From Novosphingobium sp. (GTDB taxonomy: Bacteria; Pseudomonadota; Alphaproteobacteria; Sphingomonadales; Sphingomonadaceae), in NCBI GenBank assembly GCA_031410955.1, contig JANOAD010000255.1, positions 1 to 63,907 of the forward strand: 63,907 bases of DNA, in the 5' to 3' direction. The translations under genes were made by a program, and so were the position numbers. This document shows, one piece after another, positions 29,001-38,428 of the stretch (the stretch's first letter is position 1; every line of letters starts with the position of its first letter). The notes under the pieces are model-generated. The model worked only from the letters and a program-made list of their open reading frames with translations. It was not told the origin of the DNA and ran no database searches.

Positions 29001-29621
29001 ATGAGCAGGATCACGATCAAGTCGGGCGCGAGCGACGCAGAAATCGCGCAGTGGCTCGAGCAGCATCTCGCCCGTGCCCTTGCGGTCCACAGCGGGGCAA
29101 TCGCCATCACCATCCCGGGGGGCTCGACCCCGTTTCCGATCCTCGCGGGTCTGGAGCGCAGCGCGATCGACTGGACGCGGATCACCGTCTGGCCGGGTGA
29201 CGACCGGGTGGTCCCGGAGGATCACCCGGCCAGCAATGTTGGCCGGATCCGCGCCTCGCTCAGGCCGCTGGGCGCAAGGGTGACTGCGCTGAGCGAGAAG
29301 GCGCAGCCGCCGCATTTCGCGCTGACCTGGCTGGGTATGGGCGGCGACGGCCATGTGGCATCGCTGTTTCCCAATAGCGATCCCAAGGTCGACGACCCGC
29401 TGTCGGTGCGCCGCCTCACTCCCGATCCGCTGCCGCCCGAAGCGCCGTTCGACCGGATCAGCATGACCATGCCCGCGCTGCTGGACAGCGATGCCCTGCT
29501 GTTCGTGATCCGCGGCACCGAAAAGGCCGCATTGTTTGCTGCAGCAAGCCGGGGCGAAAACGACCTGCCGATTGCCCGGTTGCTCGGCGCGGCGCATCAG
29601 CCGGTAACGTGCTTCACCTGA
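29001..29621 (+). CDS. pgl: 6-phosphogluconolactonase
   Basis: PGGSTP, DDRVVPEDHPASN, LGMGGDGHVASLFP, RISMT. Confidence 0.88.
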   Translation: MSRITIKSGASDAEIAQWLEQHLARALAVHSGAIAITIPGGSTPFPILAGLERSAIDWTRITVWPGDDRVVPEDHPASNVGRIRASLRPLGARVTALSEKAQPPHFALTWLGMGGDGHVASLFPNSDPKVDDPLSVRRLTPDPLPPEAPFDRISMTMPALLDSDALLFVIRGTEKAALFAAASRGENDLPIARLLGAAHQPVTCFT

Positions 29622-30082
29622 TTCCCGCGCCCTTGCACCGCGCCGGGCTGCGCCTGGCGCACGCGCTGCGGCGGCGCTGGTGGCGGCTGGCGGGGGTCAA
29701 GCTTGAAGGGTGCCGGGTCATCGCTCGTGATCCTGACCGGCGCGTGCTGCTGATCCGCCACTCCTATGGCAGCGGCAACTGGATGCTGCCGGGCGGCGGG
29801 ATCGCGCGGAGCGAGACGCCGCTCGCCGCGGCGCTGCGCGAGCTCGCCGAAGAGACCGCGCTCACGCTGGACGATCCGCGTTGCCTGTTGGTGCAGGAAG
29901 AGATGCTCTATGGCACTATCAACCGCGTCCACCTGTTCGTCGGGGCAGTACAAGGCGAAGCCCGCTGCGATGGCCGCGAAGTAATCGAGGCGCGGTTCTT
30001 CGCGCCAGATGCGCTGCCGGAAAGGCTTTCACCAAACTTGGCGCGGCACTTGCAGGGCTGGCTCGCGCTGGCTGACCTCTGA
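29609..30082 (+). CDS. NUDIX hydrolase
   Basis: Nudix box GGGIARSETPLAAALRELAEET. Confidence 0.85.
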   Translation: MLHLIPAPLHRAGLRLAHALRRRWWRLAGVKLEGCRVIARDPDRRVLLIRHSYGSGNWMLPGGGIARSETPLAAALRELAEETALTLDDPRCLLVQEEMLYGTINRVHLFVGAVQGEARCDGREVIEARFFAPDALPERLSPNLARHLQGWLALADL

Positions 30083-30140
30083 ACGCCAACGCCCCGGAGC
30101 ATCGCTGCTTCAGGGCGCCTGTAGTTGCTTGGCGCTGGGC

Positions 30141-30542
30141 CTACTTGCCCTTTTTGGTGTCGTTGATCACTTCGACCGCTGCTTCGCTCAGCGTCTTGCA
30201 CTTGGGTACCTCGGTCTGGATGAAACCCGAACTCTTCGACTTGTCGCCCAAGATGGCGATGACGGCGTCCTGTTCCTTCTTGGTATCGGCGATCACCGCG
30301 TCGGTTTCTTTCTTGCTGCTGACCGAGGCGATCGCCATCAGGGTTGCGGCCTAATCGTTCATCTTGTCGATTGTGACGGTGTCCTTGGTCGTGCCGTCGT
30401 CCATCCCGAGCACCTGTGCGACCACCAGGCTGGTCGCGGCACAGTGGATCAGGTCGCTGTACTTGAGGCCGTCGTCGGCGCTCGATACGGTCGGCACGCT
30501 AAGTGCGGCAAATGCGGCGGCGGCAAAGGTCTTGAGTTGCAT
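30141..30542 (-). pseudogene. Small secreted protein gene interrupted by one in-frame TAG (30351-30353)
   Basis: Signal peptide MQLKTFAAAAFAALSVP; reads ...KMND*AATLMAIAS... in the same frame to a stop at 30141, with host-like codons on both sides. Confidence 0.65.
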
Positions 30543-30641
30543 GGTCGTGGTCCCCCGATTGGCGAACGGAAGATCGTCCTCCGTTCTCTCACCGGTCCCT
30601 CCTAGGCCGATGCCATGCAATTACTTGCAAAAAGGCGACAG

Positions 30642-31772
30642 TCAGAACGGCAGTATGCCCTGGGTTGCACCGATCAGGGGGGCGCCGGCATCATCGTCGT
30701 CATCGAGCGCGGACAGCGTGAGCCCCACCAGTCGCACCGGCTGGGCGAGCGGCAGCACCTCATCTAGCAGCGCGTGGCTGAGCGCGGTGAACTCGGCCTT
30801 GTGCGCCACGGCACGCGGCAGCGAGCGCGCGCGGGTGAGCTGGGTGAAATCGCCGTGTTTGAGTTTAAGCGTCACGGTGCGGCCCTGGCTGCCGGACTTT
30901 TCGATCCGGCTCCACGTCAGCTCGATGATCCGCGCCAGAACTTCGCGCAATGCCGAACCCGATGAGATATCCTTGTCGAGCGTACGCTCGGTCCCGACCG
31001 ATTTGCGCACGCGATTGGCCTTGACCCGGCGCAGGTCGATGCCTCGCGCGGCGCGGTAGAGGTAGTCGGCCTGGCTGCCAAAATGGCGGCGCAAGAAGGC
31101 GATGTCGGAGCGCGCGAGGTCCGCCCCCGTCTCGATCCCCAGCCCGGCCATCTTTTCCGCTCCTTTCGGCCCGATCCCGAAGAAGCGCCGAACTGGAAGG
31201 CTGGCCACGAACTCCGCGCCTTCGCCGGGGCGGATCACGCACAGGCCGTCGGGTTTGTTCTGGTCGCTCGCCAGCTTGGCGAGAAACTTGTTATAAGAAA
31301 CCCCGGCGCTGGCGGTGAGCCCGGTTTCGACCTTGATGCGCGCCCGGATCAGCTCGGCGATCCGCACGGCCGAGCCGATGCCCTTCAAATCCTCGGTCAC
31401 GTCGAGGAAGGCTTCGTCAAGGCTCAGCGGTTCGACCAAAGGGGTGTAATCGAGAAAGATCTCGCGGATCTGGTGCGAGACTTCGCTGTAGACCGCGAAC
31501 CGCGGTGGGCGGAAGATCAGGCCGGGGCAGAGCCGCCGCGCGGTGACCGAGGGCATCGCGCTGCGGCAGCCGAACTTGCGCGCTTCATAGCTGCAGGTGG
31601 TCAGGACCCCGCGCGGGCCCGACCCGCCCACTGCAATCGGCAGCCCGCGCAGCGAAGGATCGTCGCGCTGTTCGACGCTGGCGTAGAAGGCGTCCATGTC
31701 CACATGGATGATCTTGCGCAGCCCGCCATGCTCCTCGCCGGGCTCTTCGTCGCTGGGGTCGGGCTCGGCCAT
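30642..31772 (-). CDS. dinB: DNA polymerase IV
   Basis: IIHVDMDAFYASVEQRD, SYEARKFG, EPLSLDEAFLD, NKFLAKLASDQNKPDG. Confidence 0.95.
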   Translation of the reverse strand: MAEPDPSDEEPGEEHGGLRKIIHVDMDAFYASVEQRDDPSLRGLPIAVGGSGPRGVLTTCSYEARKFGCRSAMPSVTARRLCPGLIFRPPRFAVYSEVSHQIREIFLDYTPLVEPLSLDEAFLDVTEDLKGIGSAVRIAELIRARIKVETGLTASAGVSYNKFLAKLASDQNKPDGLCVIRPGEGAEFVASLPVRRFFGIGPKGAEKMAGLGIETGADLARSDIAFLRRHFGSQADYLYRAARGIDLRRVKANRVRKSVGTERTLDKDISSGSALREVLARIIELTWSRIEKSGSQGRTVTLKLKHGDFTQLTRARSLPRAVAHKAEFTALSHALLDEVLPLAQPVRLVGLTLSALDDDDDAGAPLIGATQGILPF

Positions 31773-31836
31773 CGCGGCAGGATAGCGCCAATCGCCTGCA
31801 TACGAAAAGGTCTGGCCTCTTGCCCGGTGACGCGTC

Positions 31837-33114
31837 ATGGGGCTGGGCATGCGCCTGCCTGCCCCCCATTCTGCCGAATTCGGCGCCGGACCGCGCGAAT
31901 TCATCGGCCTGATGGCGATGATGATGGCGCTGCAGGCGCTGTGCATCGATGCGATGTTGCCCGCGCTGGGGCAGATTGCGGCGGAACTGCAAGTGGCCGA
32001 TCCCAATCGCCGCCAGCTGGTGGTGGGCGTGTTCCTGTTCGCCGCCGGGTTCGGCTCGCTGCTCCCCGGCGCGCTGGCCGATCGCTATGGCCGCCGCCCG
32101 GTGCTGTTCGTTTGCTTCGCCGGCTATTTCGTACTCTCGCTGGCCTGCGCCGCGGTGACCGATTTCAACGTGCTGTTGTGGCTGCGTGCTTTCCAGGCGC
32201 TGTTCAGCGCGGGGCTGGCGGTGCTCCCCAGCGCGATCATCCGTGACCGGTTCAGCGGCGATGCCATGGCCCGGATGATGTCGACCATTTCGGTGGTGTT
32301 TATGGCCGTGCCGATGCTCGCCCCCAGCCTGGGACAAGCGGTGCTGCTGGTCGCGGGCTGGCGCTGGATCTTCGGCACCATGGCGATCCTGGTGGTGGTC
32401 GTCGGGAGTTGGGCCTATCTGCGCCTGCCCGAAACGCTTCACCCCGAATACCGCCAGGCGATCGCCCCGCGGACGATTGCCGCCAATATGTGGCAGGCCG
32501 CCAGCAACCGCGCCTCGATGGGTTATGTGCTGGGCGGGGCGTTGCTCACCGGCGCGCTGTTCGGCTATCTCAATTCGGCGCAACAGCTGATCGGCGAGCA
32601 CATGGGTGCAGGCGAGTGGTTTCCGTTGTTGTTCGCAGTCATGGCTGGAGGTATCGCGATCGCCAACCTGACCAACACCCAGATCGTCGAAAAGTACGGC
32701 GCACGCCGGGTCAGCCACGCGGCGCTGCTGGTGTTCATTTTCATCGGGGTGCTGCAGGTGTGGTTTGCGCACCAGCAGCGCGAGACGCTGTGGCAATTCA
32801 TCCCGCTGATGACGCTCAATTGCGCGATGATTGGCTTCACCGGGGCCAATTTCAGCTCGATCGCGCTCCAGCCGTTTGCCCGCACCGCGGGCGCTGCATC
32901 CTCGCTCCAGGCCTTCCTGCGGATGGCTTGCGGTTCGGCGCTGGGGGTGATTGTGGGGCAGGCATATGACAACAGCGCGCGGCCGCTGTCGTGGGCGCTG
33001 CTCGGCTGCGGACTCGCCGCCTTGGTGCTGGTTCTGTACAGCGAACACGGCCGCCTGTTTCGCCGCCTGACCCCGCCGGGAGAGGCGCGGCCGGTGCCCG
33101 ATCCGCGGCATTGA
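31837..33114 (+). CDS. Bcr/CflA family MFS efflux transporter
   Basis: IDAMLPAL, GALADRYGRRPV, IIRDRF, PMLAPSLG, LPETL; alternative start at 31849. Confidence 0.88.
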   Translation: MGLGMRLPAPHSAEFGAGPREFIGLMAMMMALQALCIDAMLPALGQIAAELQVADPNRRQLVVGVFLFAAGFGSLLPGALADRYGRRPVLFVCFAGYFVLSLACAAVTDFNVLLWLRAFQALFSAGLAVLPSAIIRDRFSGDAMARMMSTISVVFMAVPMLAPSLGQAVLLVAGWRWIFGTMAILVVVVGSWAYLRLPETLHPEYRQAIAPRTIAANMWQAASNRASMGYVLGGALLTGALFGYLNSAQQLIGEHMGAGEWFPLLFAVMAGGIAIANLTNTQIVEKYGARRVSHAALLVFIFIGVLQVWFAHQQRETLWQFIPLMTLNCAMIGFTGANFSSIALQPFARTAGAASSLQAFLRMACGSALGVIVGQAYDNSARPLSWALLGCGLAALVLVLYSEHGRLFRRLTPPGEARPVPDPRH

Positions 33115-33126
33115 GACGGAGCGAGG

Positions 33127-34599
33127 ATGGAGCACCTTTTCGATCTGGCAGTCATCGGCGGCGGGGTGAACGGTGCCGGGATCGCGCGCGACGCCGCGGG
33201 ACGCGGGGCCAAGGTGCTGCTGCTCGAGGCTGGCGACCTGGCGCAGGGCACAAGCTCGGCTTCGACCAAGCTGATCCACGGCGGGCTGCGCTATCTTGAG
33301 CATTACGAGTTCGCCCTGGTCCGCGAGAGCTTGAGCGAGCGCGAGGCATTGTGGGCCATCGCCCCGCACATCATCCACCCGATGCGCTTCGTGCTCCCCT
33401 ATGTGCAGGGCCTGCGCCCGCGCTGGCTGCTGCGGCTGGGGCTGTTCCTCTATGACCATATCGGCGGGCGCAAGCGCCTCCCCGCGACCCGCACGATCGA
33501 CCTCAAGCGTCACCCGGCAGGTCAGCCGCTCAAGCCCGGCTTTGCCACCGGGTTCGAATATTCGGACGGCTGGGTCGACGATGCGCGGCTGGTCCTGCTC
33601 AACGCCAAGGATGCGGCTGAGCGCGGGACCGAGGTGCGTACCCGGACTCGCGTGTCCGGCGCCAGGCGCTTCGGCGAGCTGTGGGAAGTGACGACCGACA
33701 AGGGCACCTTCTGCGCCCGAGCGCTGGTCAACGCCGCCGGACCGCAAGTGCTCGATGTCGAGAACACGCTTGGCGATGCACCCGAATACGGCATGCGGCT
33801 GGTCCGCGGCAGCCACATCGTGGTGCGCAAATTGTTCGACCATCCCTATGCCTATTTCTTCCAGCTGGCTGACGGGCGGATCTTCTTTGCGATCCCTTAT
33901 GAACGCGACTTCACCCTGATCGGCACCACCGACCGCGATCAGGCACCGGGCGATCCGGTTCAGGCGAGCGACGAAGAGATCGCCTACCTGTGCGAAGGCG
34001 CGAACGAATACTTCAGGACCGCGATCACCCCGGCGGACGTGGTCTGGACCTATTCCGGGGTACGGCCGCTGGTCGATGACGGTTCGGGCAAACCTGAGGC
34101 CGCGACGCGCGGCTACCGGCTCGACCTTTCCGGGCCAGACAAGGGCGCGCCCTTGCTCAGCATCTATGGCGGCAAGATCACGACTTACCGGCACTTGTCG
34201 GAAGAGGCGGTCGATCTGTTGGTGCCGCGGCTTTCAGCGCTTGCTGGCAAGGCTTGGACCCGCAGCGCCGCGCTGCCCGGCGGGGATTTCGCGATCGACG
34301 GTTTGGAGGCGCTCAAGGCGGGGTTAGCGGCGGACTATGCCTTCCTCGGCGCGCCCGATGTGGACCGAATTGCGCGGGCCTATGGCACCCGCGCGCGGCA
34401 CTGGTTGGGCGATGCGCAGGGTTGGCAGGCCCTGGGGCGCGATTTCGGCGGCGGCTTGACCGCTGCCGAGGTCGATTACATGCGTCAGGAGGAATGGGCA
34501 GTCAGCGCCGAAGACGTGCTGTGGCGGCGGAGCAAGCTGGGGCTGCGCTTGAGTGCGGAGCAGCAGGCCGCGCTGGCGGAGTATCTGGAGGATAGGTAG
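33127..34599 (+). CDS. glpD: Glycerol-3-phosphate dehydrogenase (FAD)
   Basis: GGGVNGAGIARDAAGRG, GTSSASTKLIHGGLRYLE, GGKITTYR, EDVLWRRSKLG. Confidence 0.95.
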   Translation: MEHLFDLAVIGGGVNGAGIARDAAGRGAKVLLLEAGDLAQGTSSASTKLIHGGLRYLEHYEFALVRESLSEREALWAIAPHIIHPMRFVLPYVQGLRPRWLLRLGLFLYDHIGGRKRLPATRTIDLKRHPAGQPLKPGFATGFEYSDGWVDDARLVLLNAKDAAERGTEVRTRTRVSGARRFGELWEVTTDKGTFCARALVNAAGPQVLDVENTLGDAPEYGMRLVRGSHIVVRKLFDHPYAYFFQLADGRIFFAIPYERDFTLIGTTDRDQAPGDPVQASDEEIAYLCEGANEYFRTAITPADVVWTYSGVRPLVDDGSGKPEAATRGYRLDLSGPDKGAPLLSIYGGKITTYRHLSEEAVDLLVPRLSALAGKAWTRSAALPGGDFAIDGLEALKAGLAADYAFLGAPDVDRIARAYGTRARHWLGDAQGWQALGRDFGGGLTAAEVDYMRQEEWAVSAEDVLWRRSKLGLRLSAEQQAALAEYLEDR

Positions 34600-34600
34600 G

Positions 34601-34686
34601 CGCGCGGGCTTCGACAGGCTCAGCCTGAGCGGACTCTCCGCTAAATCCCAACCCCGCTCAGCCTGAGCCTGTCGAAGGCCACGTGC
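34601..34686. repeat. REP-like palindromic repeat, copy 1 (CTTCGACAGGCTCAG family)
   Basis: Arms CTTCGACAGGCTCAGCCTGAGCGG (34609-34632) and CCGCTCAGCCTGAGCCTGTCGAAG (34654-34677) are inverted repeats with 1 mismatch. Lies between the convergent glpD and carboxyltransferase genes. Confidence 0.85.
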
Positions 34687-34698
34687 TGCCACCCGTTT

Positions 34699-36252
34699 TC
34701 AGTCTACCCCCAGCCGCCGCCACGCGAGATCAGCAAATTCGCACAGCAAGGGCCGCGTATCGCGCGGATCGATGATATCCTCGACATTGAACCGCTCGGC
34801 GCTGCGGAACGGGCTGGTCACCTTGGCCAGCCGCGCCTTGATCGCCTCCAGTTCGGCAGCAGGGTCGTCTGCCGCCTCGATCTCGCTCTTGTAGGCCACT
34901 TCCAGCCCACCCGCGATCGGCAATGAGCCCCAGTCGCCCGAGGGCCAGCAATAGCGGTACTGATAGAGGTCAGCATTCGACATCGCGCTCCCCGCAATCC
35001 CGTAAGCGCGGCGCATCACCACCGAGCACAGCGGCACGCTCGCTTTGTAGATCGCGTTCATCGCCTGCACGCCATAGCGGATCGTCCCCGCCACCTCGGC
35101 CTCGCGTCCGATCATGAAGCCGGGGTTGTCGACCAGGTGGACCACCGGCAGGCGGAACAGGTCGGCGAGCTTGATAAATCGCTCGACCTTCTCGCTGGTC
35201 TTGGCGTCCCACGATCCGCCGAGGAAGCTGGGGTCAGAGGCGAGCACCATCACCGGCCAGCCGTCGAGCCGGGCGAGCGCGGTGATCGCGGCGCGGCCCC
35301 ATTGGCGGCCGATCTCGAACACGGTGCCCTTATCGAACAGCATGTCCATCGCCCGGCGCATCGAATAGACCTGCTTGTCGCTGCGCGGCACCAGTGAAAG
35401 AAGTGCTTCATCGCGCCGCGTAACACTGTCTGAACACCCGCTACGCCGCGCCGCCTGACCGACAAATTCCGGCATGAACGAGAGGAAGTGCCGCGCGCGA
35501 GCGAAGGCTTCGGCTTCGCTCGCAACCTCGTCGTCGACCACGCCGTTGCGGGTGTGGATGTCGCTGCCGCCGAGCGCCTCCTTGGCTTGCTCGTGGTTGA
35601 GCGAGCCTTCGTCCTTCCACGCCGAGCCCATTGCATCGACCACCGCGGGACCGGCGGCGAAAATCTGGCTGAGCCCGCGCACCATCACCGAATAGTGGCT
35701 CGCCGCGATCCGCGCCGCGCCAAGGCCGGCGGTCGGCCCCAAGGCCAAGGCGACCACCGGTACGGTGCCCAAGTTCTTCACCACCTCGCCCCACATGTGC
35801 ACCGCCGGGATATAAGTCGCACCGATCATCTCGAGCGTCTTGACCGAACCGCCGCCGCCGGTGCCGTCGATCATGCGGATGATCGGCAGGCGCAGTTCGT
35901 GCGCCATCTTCTCGGCCTGTTCCATTTTGCGCCCGATCCCCGCATCCGCCGCACCGCCGCGAATGGTGAAATCGTCCGCCGTGGCCACCACCGGGCGGCC
36001 ATTGATCGTGGCCTTGCCGAACAGGAACGGCGCGGGAAGAACGCCGGTCAGGTTCCCGTCGGCATCGTAGCTGCCCTTGCCCGCAATCTTGCCGATCTCG
36101 CGGAAGCTGCCCGGATCGACCAGCCCGGCAAGTCGCGCGCGGGCATCGAGCTTGCCCCGCCCATGCTGCCGCGCGACTTTGTCCGCACCGCCCATCTGCT
36201 CGGCGAGCTTTTCGCGCGCGCGGAGTTCGTCGAGTTCTTTTGCCCAAGTCAA
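34699..36252 (-). CDS. Acyl-CoA carboxylase carboxyltransferase (beta) subunit
   Basis: MGGADKVARQHGRGKL, DDFTIRGG, LVDNPGFMIG, IIDPRDTR. Start is TTG 36252 or GTG 36261. Confidence 0.88.
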   Translation of the reverse strand: MTWAKELDELRAREKLAEQMGGADKVARQHGRGKLDARARLAGLVDPGSFREIGKIAGKGSYDADGNLTGVLPAPFLFGKATINGRPVVATADDFTIRGGAADAGIGRKMEQAEKMAHELRLPIIRMIDGTGGGGSVKTLEMIGATYIPAVHMWGEVVKNLGTVPVVALALGPTAGLGAARIAASHYSVMVRGLSQIFAAGPAVVDAMGSAWKDEGSLNHEQAKEALGGSDIHTRNGVVDDEVASEAEAFARARHFLSFMPEFVGQAARRSGCSDSVTRRDEALLSLVPRSDKQVYSMRRAMDMLFDKGTVFEIGRQWGRAAITALARLDGWPVMVLASDPSFLGGSWDAKTSEKVERFIKLADLFRLPVVHLVDNPGFMIGREAEVAGTIRYGVQAMNAIYKASVPLCSVVMRRAYGIAGSAMSNADLYQYRYCWPSGDWGSLPIAGGLEVAYKSEIEAADDPAAELEAIKARLAKVTSPFRSAERFNVEDIIDPRDTRPLLCEFADLAWRRLGVD

Positions 36253-36254
36253 AG

Positions 36255-36360
36255 CTCCCACTCCCCTTCAGGGGAGGGGGCCGGGGGGTGGGGGCTGTCC
36301 AACTGGCGCAGCGCCAGGCGGGTAGTCCCCACCCCAACCCCTCCCCTGAAGGGGAGGGGC
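36255..36360. repeat. Palindromic G/C-run repeat doublet (CTCCCCTTCAGGGGAGGGG family)
   Basis: CTCCCCTTCAGGGGAGGGGGCCGGGGGGTGGGG (36261-36293) and its inverted partner CCCCACCCCAACCCCTCCCCTGAAGGGGAG (about 36327-36356), between the carboxylase alpha and beta genes. Confidence 0.8.
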
Positions 36361-36379
36361 GATGGAGATGCCCAGCGAC

Positions 36380-38314
36380 TCACTCCGCCGCCTCAATCCG
36401 CGCCAGCAGCGCCTCGACCTGCACCTGCGCCCCGGCCACCGCATTGAGCTCGGCCACGATGCCGTCGAACGGCGCGACCAGGCTGTGTTCCATCTTCATC
36501 GCCTCGAGCGTGAGCAGCTTCTGCCCCTTGGTCACCACCTGCCCCGCCGCAACCTCGACCGCGATGATCTTGCCCGGCATGGGCGAGAGGATGTCGCCGT
36601 CGTGGGCATGGATTGAATCACCCCCTCCCACCCGGGCTACATTCAGAACGAAAGTCGATCCCAAGTCATCAACGAGATATCCCTCGTCCACGCGTTCGAC
36701 CCAGCGTGCGGCCGACATGCTGATCTCGTCGAACTCAACTGCATGAGTGGTAGAACCATCTGTAAGGCGGAACAGGGCCTTTGCAGGGGACCTATTGAGC
36801 CGCGTTCCAACTTGCCGATTCCACGGTCCATTGGGTATGCTGAGGTAGGTCTCACGAATATGAGCCGGTCGTCCGCCGCGGCCTTCGTCAAACGCCATTT
36901 GAGCCACCGACTGGAGCGCAATTTCAGACGGTTCGTCAGGCTGAACGAGATGATCGGTCTCGCGCGCGATCAAGCCTGTGTCGATGTCTCCCGAAATAAA
37001 ATCATAGCTCTCCAGAGTCCGCCAAAGGAATGAAGCGTTGGTCTTGACGGGCCAGCATCTAACACTGGAGCAATCGAGAGAGAGACTTCGAGCCGCCTGT
37101 TCGCGTGTTTCGCGATGCACGATAATCTTGGCGATCATCGGATCGTAGAATGGCGTAATTTCGTCGCCTTCCTCGACACCTGTCTCATTCCTGACGGGCG
37201 AACGCTTGGAGTTCGGTGGCAGACTAAAGTGCCGAAGCCGCCCCACGCTAGGCAAAAATCCCTTCGCCGGGTCCTCGGCATACAACCGCGCCTCCATCGC
37301 CCAGCCATTGATGCTGAGTTCGTCCTGACGCTTGGGCAGTACTGCCCCTGCTGCCACCCGCAATTGCCATTCGACCAGATCGACCCCGGTGATTTCCTCG
37401 GTCACCGGATGCTCGACCTGCAGCCGGGTGTTCATTTCCATGAACCAGATCCGGTCGGCGCGGAGGCCTTCCGAAGCGTCGGCGATGAATTCGATCGTGC
37501 CGGCGCCTTCGTAGTTCACCGCCTTCGCCGCCTTTACCGCCGCCGCGCACAGTGCCTCGCGGGTCGCTTCGTCCATCCCCGGCGCGGGGGCTTCCTCGAT
37601 TACTTTCTGGTGGCGGCGCTGGAGGCTGCAATCGCGTTCGAACAGGTGGACGACGTTGCCGTGTGAATCACCGAACACCTGCACCTCGATATGGCGCGGG
37701 CGCTGGATGTACTTCTCGATCAGCACATGGTCGTTACCGAACGAGCTGGCCGCCTCGCGCTGGCACGATTGCAGCGCATCGGCGAAATCGCCCGCAGCCT
37801 CGACCAGCCGCATCCCCTTACCGCCGCCGCCCGCGACCGCCTTGATCAGCACCGGATAGCCGATTTTCGCGGCTTCCTTGGCGAGATGCGCCGGATCCTG
37901 ATTTGCGCCCAAGTAGCCCGGCGTCACCGGCACGCCCGCGTCCTGCATCAGTTGCTTGGCTGCATCCTTGAGGCCCATCGCGGTGATGCTGGCAGGCTTG
38001 GGGCCGACCCAGATCAGCCCGGCATCGATCACGCTCTGCGCGAATTCGGCGTTTTCCGAGAGGAAGCCGTAGCCCGGATGGATCGCTTCCGCCCCGGTGG
38101 TCTTGGCCGCGGCGATGATCTTTTCGCCGACCAGATAGCTTTCGCGCGCGGGTGACGGCCCGATATGCACCGCCTCATCGGCTCGCCGCACATGCAGCGC
38201 CTTGGCATCGGCATCGGAATAGACCGCGACGGTGCGCAGGCCCATGGCCCGGGCGGTGCGGATGATCCGGCAGGCGATTTCGCCGCGATTGGCAATCAGG
38301 AGTGAGGAAAACAT
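36380..38314 (-). CDS. Acyl-CoA carboxylase alpha subunit (biotin carboxylase + BCCP; methylcrotonyl/geranyl-CoA type)
   Basis: LIANRGEIA, HPGYGFLSEN, GGGGKGMR, ERDCSLQRRHQK, EMNTRLQVEHPVTE, biotinyl motif EAMKME. Confidence 0.92.
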   Translation of the reverse strand: MFSSLLIANRGEIACRIIRTARAMGLRTVAVYSDADAKALHVRRADEAVHIGPSPARESYLVGEKIIAAAKTTGAEAIHPGYGFLSENAEFAQSVIDAGLIWVGPKPASITAMGLKDAAKQLMQDAGVPVTPGYLGANQDPAHLAKEAAKIGYPVLIKAVAGGGGKGMRLVEAAGDFADALQSCQREAASSFGNDHVLIEKYIQRPRHIEVQVFGDSHGNVVHLFERDCSLQRRHQKVIEEAPAPGMDEATREALCAAAVKAAKAVNYEGAGTIEFIADASEGLRADRIWFMEMNTRLQVEHPVTEEITGVDLVEWQLRVAAGAVLPKRQDELSINGWAMEARLYAEDPAKGFLPSVGRLRHFSLPPNSKRSPVRNETGVEEGDEITPFYDPMIAKIIVHRETREQAARSLSLDCSSVRCWPVKTNASFLWRTLESYDFISGDIDTGLIARETDHLVQPDEPSEIALQSVAQMAFDEGRGGRPAHIRETYLSIPNGPWNRQVGTRLNRSPAKALFRLTDGSTTHAVEFDEISMSAARWVERVDEGYLVDDLGSTFVLNVARVGGGDSIHAHDGDILSPMPGKIIAVEVAAGQVVTKGQKLLTLEAMKMEHSLVAPFDGIVAELNAVAGAQVQVEALLARIEAAE

Positions 38315-38428
38315 GGCGCAGTGGCTAAAGCGGTTCGCCCCGCGCCGCAATGCCCCTTGCAAGCCGCGCGCGGCCTGACTAGAGCGGCGCGCGAACGCAC
38401 AGGTGCATTTCCCAACGGGGCTTTTCGG

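Noticed and set aside
30351-30353. Pyrrolysine decoding of the in-frame TAG, tempting given the nearby methylamine genes
   Set aside because: No pyl genes or CUA-anticodon tRNA in the window; the tRNA at 42042 has a normal Gln CTG anticodon, and the protein is not a methyltransferase.
55-34194. Long antisense or alternative-frame ORFs (e.g. 55-1575 -, 7537-9333 -, 16600-18288 +, 31585-34194 -)
   Set aside because: Shadow ORFs typical of high-GC DNA: they lie opposite well-supported genes and have R/A/G-rich, motif-free translations.
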